From: Macrostomum lignano
Lineage: Eukaryota
Direction: 5' to 3'
Length of the DNA: 64,000 nucleotides
Assembly (NCBI GenBank): GCA_002269645.1
Contig: NIVC01000601.1
Coordinates: forward strand, 1 to 64,000
Positions 25,001 through 35,849 of this stretch are shown one piece after another (the first letter of the stretch is position 1; every line of letters starts with the position of its first letter). The translations under genes and the position numbers were made by a program. Under the pieces are notes generated by a model, which did not search any database, was not told the DNA's origin, and saw only the letters and a program-made list of their open reading frames with translations.

Positions 25001-25558
25001 CGCAGCTACTTTGGCCGAGGCGGCATAGCGAGAGGCGGCAGTGAGCACTTCCGAGGCCGAGGCGGCAGTGAGCACTTCCGAGGCCGAGGCGGCAGTGAGC
25101 ACTTCCGAGGCCGAGGCGGCAGTGAGCACTTCCGAGGCCGAGGCGGCAGTGAGCACTTCCGAGGCCGAGGCGGCAGTGAGCACTTCCGAGGCCGAGGCGG
25201 CAGTGAGCACTTCCGAGGCCGAGGCGGCAGTGAGCACTTCCGAGGCCGAGGCGGCAGTGAGCACTTCCGAGGCCGAGGAGGCAGTGAGCACTTCCGAGGC
25301 CGAGGCGGCAGTGAGCACTTCCGAGGCCGAGGCGGCAGTGAGCACTTCCGAGGCCGAGGCGGCAGTGAGCACTTCCGAGGCCGAGGCGGCAGTGAGCACT
25401 TCCGAGGCCTAGGCGGCAGTGAGCACTTCCGAGGCCGAGGCAGCAGTGAGAGAGGCGGTAAATATGAGCACTCCCGTAGCGATAGGACAAGTTCCGAAGC
25501 TACTGAAACCGGTGCCAAGGTAAGAGGCGAAGGAAGGTTCGCAAATCGAGAAGACTAA
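22100..25558 (+). CDS. Intronless 1152-aa protein: IFIT-like TPR region, putative HEPN RNase domain and RGG-repeat tail
   Basis: Uninterrupted ORF (first ATG at 22100, TAA at 25556-25558). The N-terminus LEELECHFTW...TLAYL...KCLEEA...RANM...KGVTFDCFGPMKY...AFAEA...NWLYGEA follows the IFIT1/IFIT5 pattern. Further TPR-like helices run to about 23760. A helical domain at about 24000-24750 carries KESKEVLDRSL, HYYPH and WIVHWIYLVNSEKH. The C-terminus is (GGSEHFRGR)x15. Confidence 0.9.
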   Translation: MSNLEKLEELECHFTWLPEDGSTNTSIDEVIKKTERKIDRQPHKKSAHLTTLAYLYTRKRGKNFGLAHKCLEEALAIDEQIRRDKQEDVQVSSEFVIRANMLHLEQLRKGQNRTLKPAEIEPKMQRLNSLWSDSNSQARVYGVKGVTFDCFGPMKYPVGVVAFAEASRLQANNFNWLYGEAFLRARCDRQVVKKHADKAQLQLWSRAREIGERTGQTTNNATFYSNYAEAILYNRRLTELCCELTDRAVDILRRMSEEEKENSHVDMKICLKTYRHIKKISNLDCESRRKTLLEEAGKVAMMLKDPDFFLTIANEAEEAGDRDKAIELLERGKQLAGEPGHIWLNLRLLELQMQTLNKQQVIDEFVSMRESFGVYLKNVSAIEFHKALYLIKQGDTKEALESCVAALEADPKVDQVWFSKKKEFFLCLTQKTAGFEEYVAWFAANVGDFKEPVNIEPLFLQALNKDASNEFALEHLGRFYIKKGRLDNASGCFRKLPDHIECKYKLLAQSLLEDPNASFQKLQECLQCGCRDAVPKLLEFLEQRKASQNTAEIVINDVVSRSARDSLFFSTQLYELCAEMEATLQDPNRFWLREDNTESTNDPVELAKRRIAKFLELDQLMSTVASSRSCDGSGDRGNLMRSSRLRLTKQRLERGGKTQQQTQELNNLIVSVVKESKEVLDRSLVVLLSRCKKEAKDAKKLALSRKEKEKRSINIDHYYPHAFNKIKKQLGSDFQEKLNKLALDGKDTKAFERESLITYLKEGKKIQTQPGATATTNNSVSPENVRKCLSEAVAEIDPNFHQQKSTKDMFEFMARREHRILSQEDCWIVHWIYLVNSEKHSAEILVAELNEQLRSDWSGGGECNRTAYDVAHLAAEFAEETWAVFSCESRSVVPTGAHSTQVVACVGDSKNAEDVASNVTVTGGNVTGAGDATGLEDVTCAGVAASSVDHVSLYTSASNNPDERDNSRSYFGRGGIARGGSEHFRGRGGSEHFRGRGGSEHFRGRGGSEHFRGRGGSEHFRGRGGSEHFRGRGGSEHFRGRGGSEHFRGRGGSEHFRGRGGSEHFRGRGGSEHFRGRGGSEHFRGRGGSEHFRGRGGSEHFRGLGGSEHFRGRGSSERGGKYEHSRSDRTSSEATETGAKVRGEGRFANRED
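25030..25440 (+). repeat. Coding VNTR, 27-bp unit x15, encoding GGSEHFRGR
   Basis: Unit GGCGGCAGTGAGCACTTCCGAGGCCGA; near-identical copies with degenerate flanking copies; in frame within the 22100-25558 ORF. Confidence 0.97.
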
Positions 25559-26805
25559 GGCTATTCATAATTTTTTATTAAATGACGACTTTTTTCTCAA
25601 AAACTTGACGGTGATTGCTTTCAATTTTTTCAAGGTCCTTTTGCGCCCGGTAACTGTTTTTCTGTTTAAATCCACTTTTCGTACTTATACGGTACTAGTT
25701 CTGCGAGTATTTGTGGCTAGCCAGTCCTGATTTGTCATCAAATTTGTCATTTGTCAGCAAAGAGCTAAACTTTCTTCGCAATTGGTTTAATACGAGTGTA
25801 GTGATATCAAGCACCCTATGGAGGATTGACTATAGAAGACCGATAAAGAAATGATGCCTTAGCAGCAGGACTACCAAGCCATTTCGGCACACGTTTTTAA
25901 ACCCCCTGAATGATCCCTGAAAACTTTGGTGCACCGAAACGGAGCCACGCCACGTCGCCACATGAATGGCTGCTATTCAGAAGGATGCCAGTGACTATTC
26001 ACAGATGCTTTAGCTGGCCTAGTGTAATTTCCAGGGCTTGATGAAGATTGGGAAAATTTACTGCGTGAAATCTGCTAGTACCACATGTTGCAGGTCCACT
26101 GGCTCGGTCTAGTCGAACGCCAGTAGGCATCATGAGCTGAAATGATGCAGACACATGTGGTTTGATAAACAGCTGAAGTAATTTTCTCTTTGGAAAAGCT
26201 GTACTGAGGTGCAATTCCCGATTGGCGTACATGGTGTACACAATGCATTAGTGCACATTGAGTGCACCTTATAGAAAAAGGTGAACCTTCTATCAGAATT
26301 GTTTAGTACTCGTATTTCGAAGTTCCGAAGAGGAGATAACTTGGTTCTTGTTTTATAAGGTTGCGCAGAAAAAATTTGGCCCGTGTTCCTGGGCTTCGTG
26401 TGCTTCATGCGAACAAGTTCAGGCACAGCAAAAATTGTCACAGGAGGAGGAATTCTCCATCTATTGGTAGTTCTCCTGTTAACCGCAGTTGAGTCCGATC
26501 CTAAGCACTGCATGTGCAAGCTAATCACACGCAGAAAAATATCTAAAAACCAAATATTCAATTATGATTCTAATGGAAACCAAGTAACTATGTTTTTTAA
26601 TTTGATGCGTTAAAAATTATTTCATTTTAGGTCCATTGCAAAATAGTTATCATAGGTATAACTATCAACCAATGTTTTCTTGATATTTTATTTGATTTTT
26701 TAAGTCGAATGTCCAAACTAAATATGCTACGCTTCAGATTTACATATGAATTTGTTACCTGATCTTCATCAAAGTGCTGATCTTTATAGTTTTTGCTTTA
26801 TAATT

Positions 26806-26900
26806 TTACAGGCGGGTGAACTGAAGCACTGGGGAATTAATTGTCTTGCTCAAGGACACAAATAGTCTTCCCTGGGCTGAGATTCGAACCCCCGACCTTC
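26806..26900 (-). mobile_element. Partial tRNA-derived SINE (family 1)
   Basis: The reverse strand has B-box GGTTCGAATC followed by TGTGTCCTTGAGCAAGACA...GCTTCAGTTCACCC...TGTAAAAT, matching the full copy at 26979-27276. Confidence 0.75.
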
Positions 26901-26978
26901 AGTCAAAAATCCGAGACAAAGTAACAGATACTGAGTAAATATGCAAATCCAGCAAATCCACTATCTAAGAGTATCAAA

Positions 26979-27276
26979 GAGGGGGTTGTAGCCTAGTGGT
27001 TAGAGCGTCAAAGTCGGGGGTTCGATGCCCAACTCCACTGATACAATTTGTGTCCTTGAGCAAGACACTTAAATCTGCATTGCTTCAGTTCACCCAGCTG
27101 TAAAATGGGTGCCAGCATTAGCTGGGGTAATTGAAGGTGGGTGTGGCGTCCGCCCAGTCCTTGGACTGAACAGCCGTACGCAGCCTTCAGATGCGCCGCG
27201 CAATAGCTGCGGCTGAGCTGTCGGTTGCACATCTGGCCCGATTGGGACAGGTGTAATCAATTATTATTATTATTAT
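26979..27276 (+). mobile_element. Full-length tRNA-derived SINE with a CORE-like central domain (family 1)
   Basis: A-box TAGCCTAGTGG, B-box GGTTCGATGCC, central GTGTCCTTGAGCAAGACACTT...CTGTAAAATGGG and an (ATT)n tail. Confidence 0.85.
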
Positions 27277-27310
27277 CTAAGAGAAGCTAAGAGTATCTAA
27301 GAGTATCCAA

Positions 27311-28590
27311 CCCTTCTGTAGCTGGCGCTCCACCACTGTGTAGCTGGCGCTCCACCACTGTGTAGCTGGCGCCCCACCCCTCTGTAGCTGGCGCCCAACC
27401 TCTATGTAGCTGGCGCCCAACCTCTATGTAGCTGGCGCCCAACCTCTATGTAGCTGGCGCCCCACCCCTCTGTAGCTGGCGCCCAACCTCTATGTAGCTG
27501 GCGCCCAACCTCTATGTAGCTGGCGCCCCACCCCTCTGTGGCTGGTGCCCCACCTCTATGTAGCTGGCGCCCAACCTCTATGTAGCTGGCGCCCAACCTC
27601 TATGTAGCTGGCGCCCCACCCCTCTGTGGCTGGTGCCCAACCCCTCTGTAGCTGACGCCCAACCCCTCTGTAGCTGGGGCCCAACCCCTCTGTAGCTGGC
27701 GCCCAGCCCCTCTGTAGCTGGGGCCCAACCCCTCTGTAGCTGACGCCCAGCCCCTCTGTAGCTGGGGCCCAACCCCTCTGTAGCTGACGCCCAACCCCTC
27801 TGTAGCTGGGGCCCAACCCCTCTGTAGCTGACGCCCAACCCCTCTGTAGCTGGGGCCCAACCCCTCTGTAGCTGGCGCCCAGCCCTCTGTAGCTGGGGCC
27901 CAACCCCTCTGTAGCTGGGCCCAACCCCTCTGTAGCTGACGCCCAACCCCTCTGTAGCTGGGGCCCAACCCCTCTGTAGCTGGCGCCCAACTCTCTGTAG
28001 CTGGGCCCAACCCCTCTGTAGCTGGGGCCCAACCCCTCTGTAGCTGGGGCCCAACCCCTCTGTAGCTGGGGCCCAACCCCTCTGTAGCTGACGCCCAACC
28101 CCTCTGTAGCTGGGGCCCAACCCCTCTGTAGCTGGCGCCCAACCCCTCTGTAGCTGGGGCCCAACCCCTCTGTAGCTGGGGCCCAACCCCTCTGTAGCTG
28201 GGCCCAACCCCTCTGTAGCTGACGCCCAACCCCTCTGTAGCTGGGGCCCAACCCCTCTGTAGCTGGCGCCCAACCCCTCTGTAGCTGGGGCCCAACCCCT
28301 CTGTAGCTGGGGCCCAACCCCTCTGTAGCTGGGGCCCAACCCCTCTGTAGCTGACGCCCAACCCCTCTGTAGCTGGGGCCCAACCCCTCTGTAGCTGGCG
28401 CCCAACCCCTCTGTAGCTGGGGCCCAACCCCTCTGTAGCTGACGCCCAACCCCTCTGTAGCTGGGGCCCAACCCCTCTGTAGCTGACGCCCAACCCCTCT
28501 GTAGCTGGGGCCCAACCCCTCTGTAGCTGGCGCCCAACCCCTCTGTAGCTGGGGCCCAACCCCTCTGTAGCTGGGGCCCAACTCTCTGTA
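27311..28590. repeat. Minisatellite, 20-22-bp unit
   Basis: Variants of CTGTAGCTGGGGCCCAACCCCT in tandem. Confidence 0.95.
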
Positions 28591-28830
28591 GATTTTATTT
28601 CCAGGCTTGAAAAAGCATTTCCAAGAATTGGATTTGGTGCACAAGTCAAAGATTAGTTGGATCTTAAGTCCTCATTTATTAGTAAAAATCGCGTACATTT
28701 TTCATGTACTTATCGTGAGAAAGTCAACAATGTACACGTGGAAATAACGGTTTTTAAGGAAAACTCCTTAAAGTACATTGCCACCATTAGTTGCATTGAC
28801 AACTCGAAGAAAATGTGAGAATATTTCGGT

Positions 28831-30782
28831 TCAATAAATGAAGGCGAAGTCGCGGTGGGCGAAGCCCCACCTGCCCTGCCGCATCAGCGCTGCCCGCGAT
28901 CTGTTTAATTTTTCCGAGGCGAACCTGGGGTGAATGTCGAAGCTCAGCTGAGCTGCTGGCACTGTGGCGTGGAAAAATGAGCCGCAGTTCTGCCTGGAAA
29001 TCCGCGGCGGCGGCGGCCTCACTTCCGGTTCCGGGATGGTAATGTTTATCAGCCTCAGCTGGGGCAGGTGCGGCCACCTGCGGTGGTTGGGGTTGCCCTG
29101 ACTGACTGACTGACTGACTGACCGAATGACTGACTTACTGACTCACTCACTCACTCACTCATTCACTCACTCGCTCACTCATTCACTCACTCACTCACTC
29201 ACTCACTCAATCGCTCACTCACTCACTCACTCACTCACTCACTCACTCACTCACTCACTCACTCACTCACTCACTCACTCACTCACTCACTCACTCACTC
29301 ACTCACCACTCACTCACTCACTCACTCACTCACTCACTCACTCACTCACTCACTCACTCGCTCACTCACTCACTCACTCACTCACTCACTCACTCGCTCA
29401 CTCTCTCACTCACTCACTCACTCACTCACTCACTCACTCACTCACTCACTCACTCACTCACTCACAACCGTAACTCACTTCAGTCCGAGCGGATCGCCGT
29501 GAATCTCCATCTTCCAGCCGTGCACTTCGAGAGCCTCATTGTAGGAGTTCCCGGTCGCAGCGCTGCCGGAAGCGACTCGGGCGGCAGACAGTCGGGCCGG
29601 GGCGGTCTTGGGCCTGCAGCAGCTGCTGGGGGACGGCGGGACCCCGGACTCAGAAGATCGGTTCTTGGCGCCATCGACTCCGCTTTGGCATCGCTTCGGC
29701 GCTGGGCTGGTTGCCGGGGCCACAGATGAAGCTTTGTACAGCTTCTCGTCTTTCTTAGTTACTTTCTTAGTGTCTGAAGTTTCCAGATTCGAATTATTGA
29801 CTTCTGCTTTGGATTCTTCTTCTTTAGTGTCAGCCACAGCCGTCTGCTTTGGTTCGCAAGACTCATACTGTTGTTGTGTTGCCAGTTTGACCCGCGCTTC
29901 GAAAGCTTTGACATCGTCTGGAACAGAGGAAAGCTCGGCTCCGTCATCAATTCTTGGCATGGAAACACAGAGGAAACAGGGAGTTGGAGATTGGGATGCA
30001 GGGAGATAAAGATTGGGATGCAGGGAGTTGGAGATTGGGATGCAGGGAGTTGGAGATTGGGATGCAGGGAGTTGGAGATTGGGATGCAGGGAGTTGAAGA
30101 TTGGGATGCAGGGAGTTGGAGATTGGGATGCAGGGAGTGGAGATTGGGATGCAGGGAGATGAAGATTGGGATGCAGGGAGTTGAAGACTAGGATGCAGGG
30201 AGATGAAGATTGGGATGCAGGGAGTTGAAGATTGGGATGCAGGGAGTTGGAGATTGGGATGCAGGGAGTTGGAGATTGGGATGCAGGGAGTTGAAGATTG
30301 GGATGCAGGGAGTTGGAGATTGGGATGCAGGGAGTGGAGATTGGGATGCAGGGAGATGAAGATTGGGATGCAGGGAGTTGAAGATTGGGATGCAGGGAGT
30401 TGGAGATTGGGATGCAGGGAGTTGGAGATTGGGATGCAGGGAGTTGGAGATTGGGATGCAGGGAGTTGGAGATTGGGATGCAGGGAGATGAAGATTGGGA
30501 TGCAGGGAGTTGAAGATTGGGATGCAGGGAGTTGGAGATTGGGATGCAGGGAGTTGGAGATTGGGATGCAGGGAGTTGAAGATTGGGATGCAGGGAGTTG
30601 GAGATTGGGATGCAGGGAGTTGGAGATTGGGATGCAGGGAGATGAAGGTTGGGATGCAGGCAGAGCCAGGCTGAGAAGCTCTCAGCCGCAGAAGTGAGTC
30701 GCTCACCCAGTGTAGTGTAGGCCCTGTTGCGTGAAGGCCCGGAGCCAGAGGCTGGCGGGAATCTCCCAAACGGCGGCTCCAT
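28831..30782 (-). CDS. Spliced hypothetical protein (about 261 aa from three exons; further 5' exons possible)
   Basis: Exons 30782-30707, 29917-29479 and 29101-28831 with GT-AG sites and compatible phases (786 nt). Non-repetitive motifs include YNEALEVHGWKMEIHGDPLGL and LSFDIHPRFASEKL. No family recognised. Confidence 0.55.
29101..29465. repeat. Intronic (ACTG)n/(ACTC)n microsatellite
   Basis: Direct inspection; fills almost the whole intron 29102-29478. Confidence 0.97.
29985..30660. repeat. Intronic minisatellite, 22-bp unit
   Basis: GAGATTGGGATGCAGGGAGTTG and variants. Confidence 0.95.
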
Positions 30783-31385
30783 CACTAAGGAGATCAATAG
30801 CTCAGCTTCCTGGGTTTCAGGCTGCAGCTGCGACACTGCCGGAATGTGGCTCTGAGCAGATGCTGCGCTTGTGTTAAGCGATGCAGATATAGATATCTAA
30901 ATCCTCTGCCTCAGGGCTGGCGTTGCCAGGGACTCAACACCTGTTGCTAGGATATCAGGCGGGGCATTGTTAGGCGGGGAGGGGTTTAAGGGGGAACTGA
31001 GGGGAGAGGAAGTGGGAGGGAGAGAGAGGGGGTAGAAAAAATGAGCAGATGGAGCAGATTGCTAAAAAAGCATCCATATAAAATTTAATACAAAACTGAA
31101 GCCAGAAAAATACGAGAGTAGTTATGCCTGCTTGACCTTGGGACCTGCAATGTGGCAAATTCAATTACAGCTCATGTGCTTTAGGAGAGTTATGTCGGAT
31201 TTTATTCAACACTATTTTTTTACTGAATTCAAAATCGAATCTGCGCGAGTCGGGCTGGCTGAACTTTTTGCAGTTGCGCTGCGGTGTTTGCTTTGCTCTG
31301 TCCACAGAGTCTCGCCTTGTGGGAGAGCGGGGGGTCTGGCTAAACAGGCTTTGCCTGTGCGTGCAGGAGAGGTACTTTTACTAGA

Positions 31386-31387
31386 CT

Positions 31388-31421
<34 letters not shown>

Positions 31422-32020
31422 TAGACAAAGACGACACACCGACTCATGGACACACACAGACTCAAGGGACAAACACAGACTCAGGGACACGCACAGACTC
31501 AGGGACACGCACAGACTCAGGGACACACACAGACTCAGGGACACACACAGACTCAGGGACACACACACAGACTCAGGGACACGCACAGACTCAGGGACAC
31601 ACACCGACTCAGGGATAAACACCGACTCAGGGACACGCACCCACTCAGGGACACACACAGACTCAGGGACACGCACAGACTCAGGGACACACACCGACTC
31701 AGGGACAAACACCGACTCAGGGACACGCACCCACTCAGGGACACACACAGACTCAGGGACACACACAGACTCAGGGACACGCATCCACTCAGGGACACAC
31801 ACAGACTCAGGGACACACACCGACTCAGGGACACGCACAGACTCAGGGACACGCACCCACTCAGGGACACGCACCCACTCAGGGACACACACAGACTCAG
31901 GGACACACACAGACTCAGGGACAAACACAGACTCAGGGACACACACAGACTCAGGGACAAACACAGACTCAGGGACACGCACAGACTCAGGGACACACAC
32001 CGACTCAGGGACAAACACCG
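31386..32020. repeat. (AGAC)n followed by an 18-bp minisatellite
   Basis: CAGACTCAGGGACACACA variants. Confidence 0.95.
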
Positions 32021-32529
32021 ATATTGTCGGACAGAATGAGCATCAATTCTAAACAACATTTTGGAAATAAAGTGCAGCCACTGTTGGCTGCGGCAATCAT
32101 TCAGAACAGGCAGAGTGAGACTGAACTCAGTGGCTGAACTCACAGTTCGTAGGCGAGCAACCGTTGGCATTTATTTGTACCCATGGATTTCGTTGCTAAG
32201 GGCCACTTTAGCGCAGGTTTTTGTTCCGGGAAATTCAGACTGCCAATTATGTGTCCTGCTTCCTGTGCTGCCTGCTACTTTTATCTGGCTAGAAAATGCC
32301 TGAAGAGAACAAAAGCTCTTTTGTGTTGCTGCACTGAGCTGGTGGCGTGTTCTTTCTTGTGAAATTGCATCGGGAAGACAGTTGGGAGGAAAGTATAGGA
32401 TGAGTAAAGCAGCTTGCTCCGTGCCTTGGGATTCTGTGCAATATATGATGAAAGTAGTATGAACTGATTGCATGAATTGATTGATGATTACACTGTGTTA
32501 AATCATCTAATGGCGTGTTCATGGCCGAG

Positions 32530-32775
32530 TTCCACACTCGGGATCATCGCCAAGTGCTACACTACAGTCCCCATCAGAGAGTTCTACAGTCGGGATCATC
32601 GCCGAGCTCCACAGTCGGGATCATCAGAGAGTTCTTCAGTCGGGATCATCAGAGAGTTCCACAGTCGGGATCATCAGAGAGTTCCACAGTCGGGATCAAC
32701 AGAGAGTTCCACAGTCGGGATCATCGCCGAGCTCTACAGTCGGGATCATCGCCGAGCTCCACAGTCGGGATCATC
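32530..32775. repeat. Minisatellite, about 25-bp unit
   Basis: CAGTCGGGATCATCAGAGAGTTCCA variants. Confidence 0.9.
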
Positions 32776-33013
32776 GCTGTGTTCCAAAATCGGAAAATAA
32801 AGAAATTTCCTAAATTTCGAGAGTATGAATCTCTATTTCTACTGGAAGTAGCGATGCAAGACTCAGTTCAATGTATTTTTTAAAAAAGACTGACGCAATG
32901 TCTAACAATTTTTTAATTGCCTTGTTTATAACATGCTGCTGTTATGATTGTACTCTTATCAGTGTAGAATTGAGCTTAAAAGTACATCGCATCCATTAGC
33001 ATGGTCCGATCAA

Positions 33014-34316
<1,303 letters not shown>

Positions 34317-34769
34317 CCTTGGTCTTTTAGATTCAATCGGTTGATAATACAGTTGCTACAGAGTGAGATTACATCAAATTAAATATAAACTGAGTTTTAA
34401 CAGAAGTGTTTTATGAGCTTTTGATAGTCCACTGCGAAACTTTTGAGTAAGTCTCTGATTGGCCACTCTGCAGCCGCGGCGGGGGTGCTCAGTCGGTCCC
34501 CCCATCATGGGAACGATCTCTCGAGCCTCTGGGTGAGACAAAGCAATTAAGTGGCCACCGTTGAGAGGGCCGAGACAGCAGGGGGTCGATTGAGACTTGA
34601 ATGATGGCTCAACTTGTGAGGTCTGAGCTTTCTCAGGCGCACCTGGTCAGTCAGATGGGCTTAGTTTCTAAGAATAGAAAGAGTTGCAATAATTAACTCA
34701 TAAATAAAGGTTTTAGCGAGATAATTGCTTGAGTAAGTTCGAACATTTTTTGACTGCAGGAGAAAGGAG

Positions 34770-35150
34770 GAGAGGAGAGGAGAGTAGAGGAGAGGAGAGG
34801 AGAGGAGAGGAGAGGAGAGGAGAGGAGAGGAGAGGAGAGGAGAGGAGAGGAGAGGAGAGGAGATGAGAGGAGAGGAGAGGAGAGGAGAGGAGAGGAGAGG
34901 AGAGGAGAGGAGGGGAGAGGAGAGGAGAGGAGAGGAGAGGAGAGGAGAGGAGAGGAGAGGAGAGGAGAGGAGAGGAGGGAGAGGAGAGGAGAGGAGAGGA
35001 GAGGAGGGGAGAGGAGAGGAGAGGAGAGGAGAGGAGAGGAGATGAGAGGAGAGGAGAGGAGAGGAGAGGAGAGGAGAGGAGAAGAGAGGAGAGGAGAGGA
35101 GAAGAGAGGAGAGGAGAGGAGAGGAGAGGAGAGGAGAGGAGAGGAGAGGA
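34770..35150. repeat. (GGAGA)n pentanucleotide repeat
   Basis: Direct inspection. Confidence 0.97.
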
Positions 35151-35849
35151 GGAGAGCAGAGCAGAGGAGAAAAGAAAGAACACAGTTGGAACTCAGGAAG
35201 CCTCAAAGTCCCGAAGTCAAATCAGTCAGTCAAGATTTTCTGAGAGGCCACCGGAATTCAGATAACTGCTCTTGCCCTGACGGAAGCCCCAGTTAAAGCT
35301 GAACAGTCATCGAACAAGCCCAACCATTTTCAATAGTTGCCAGTCAATATTCCTTCATCATTTGACTGGAAGAGAAGCTGCACACAGTTTCTAACGCTGT
35401 GCACTTTTGCCATTAAAAATGCGCGTTGAAGCCAGTTAGTTGTGTATGAAGCGGACAGTTTTAAAGTTAAGTTAACTCAAACTCCAGTTCACTCAGCTTG
35501 CATTGAGATCGCATCAAGTGAGTTTAGATGTAGGAGAAAAAGGGCAAGGGTGAGCGTGTTCCACAATGTTCCACAGTTTGCAGTCAGGGGGGAAGGGAGG
35601 GCAAACACACGAAAGCAGGCTGCTAAGCAAACTTTGCGCCCAAGGTAGCCTTACTGAGTTTGCTTACCGGGCGTGCAAGGAGCAGTCGGCTCGTGTCTCC
35701 TGTTGCTCAAAATTCAATCCCAAAATGGCAATTTGAGTCGTTATCGGCAGTGAGGCAAACCTTGTCTTCTGCGCGGGTTCGTTTGAATCTTTTATGAGGA
35801 GCTGAGTTGGCTCATTTTATTGGCATTAGGGTGGAAATGGGTGCAGAAA

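Noticed and set aside
24956-25518. Overlapping ORFs of (TAASASEVL)n, (HCRLGLGSA)n, (KCSLPPRPR)n and (STSEAEAAV)n
   Set aside because: They are alternative frames of the stop-free 27-bp coding repeat. Only the RGG frame is continuous with the long ORF.
22100-25558. Bacterial contamination as the source of the intronless TPR-HEPN ORF
   Set aside because: It is contiguous with eukaryotic LINE and SINE sequence, has no operon neighbours, and carries an animal IFIT-type N-terminus. Ancient horizontal origin of the HEPN part remains open.
25797-26560. Possible LTR (TGTAG start) or small gene downstream of the IFIT-like ORF
   Set aside because: No second LTR, PBS or PPT was found, and the short ORFs have no recognisable motifs.
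26979-27050. tRNA gene
   Set aside because: It has A and B boxes but no complete cloverleaf, and it continues into a SINE body and tail. The same applies to 46500-46548 and 53233-53290.
27556-28649. Long ORFs of 319-362 aa
   Set aside because: They are translations of a tandem repeat, open in several frames because the unit lacks stops. The same applies to the ORFs at 31212-32170, 36683-38146, 39096-40279, 42606-43913, 56200-57989, 59096-61037 and 62510-63787.
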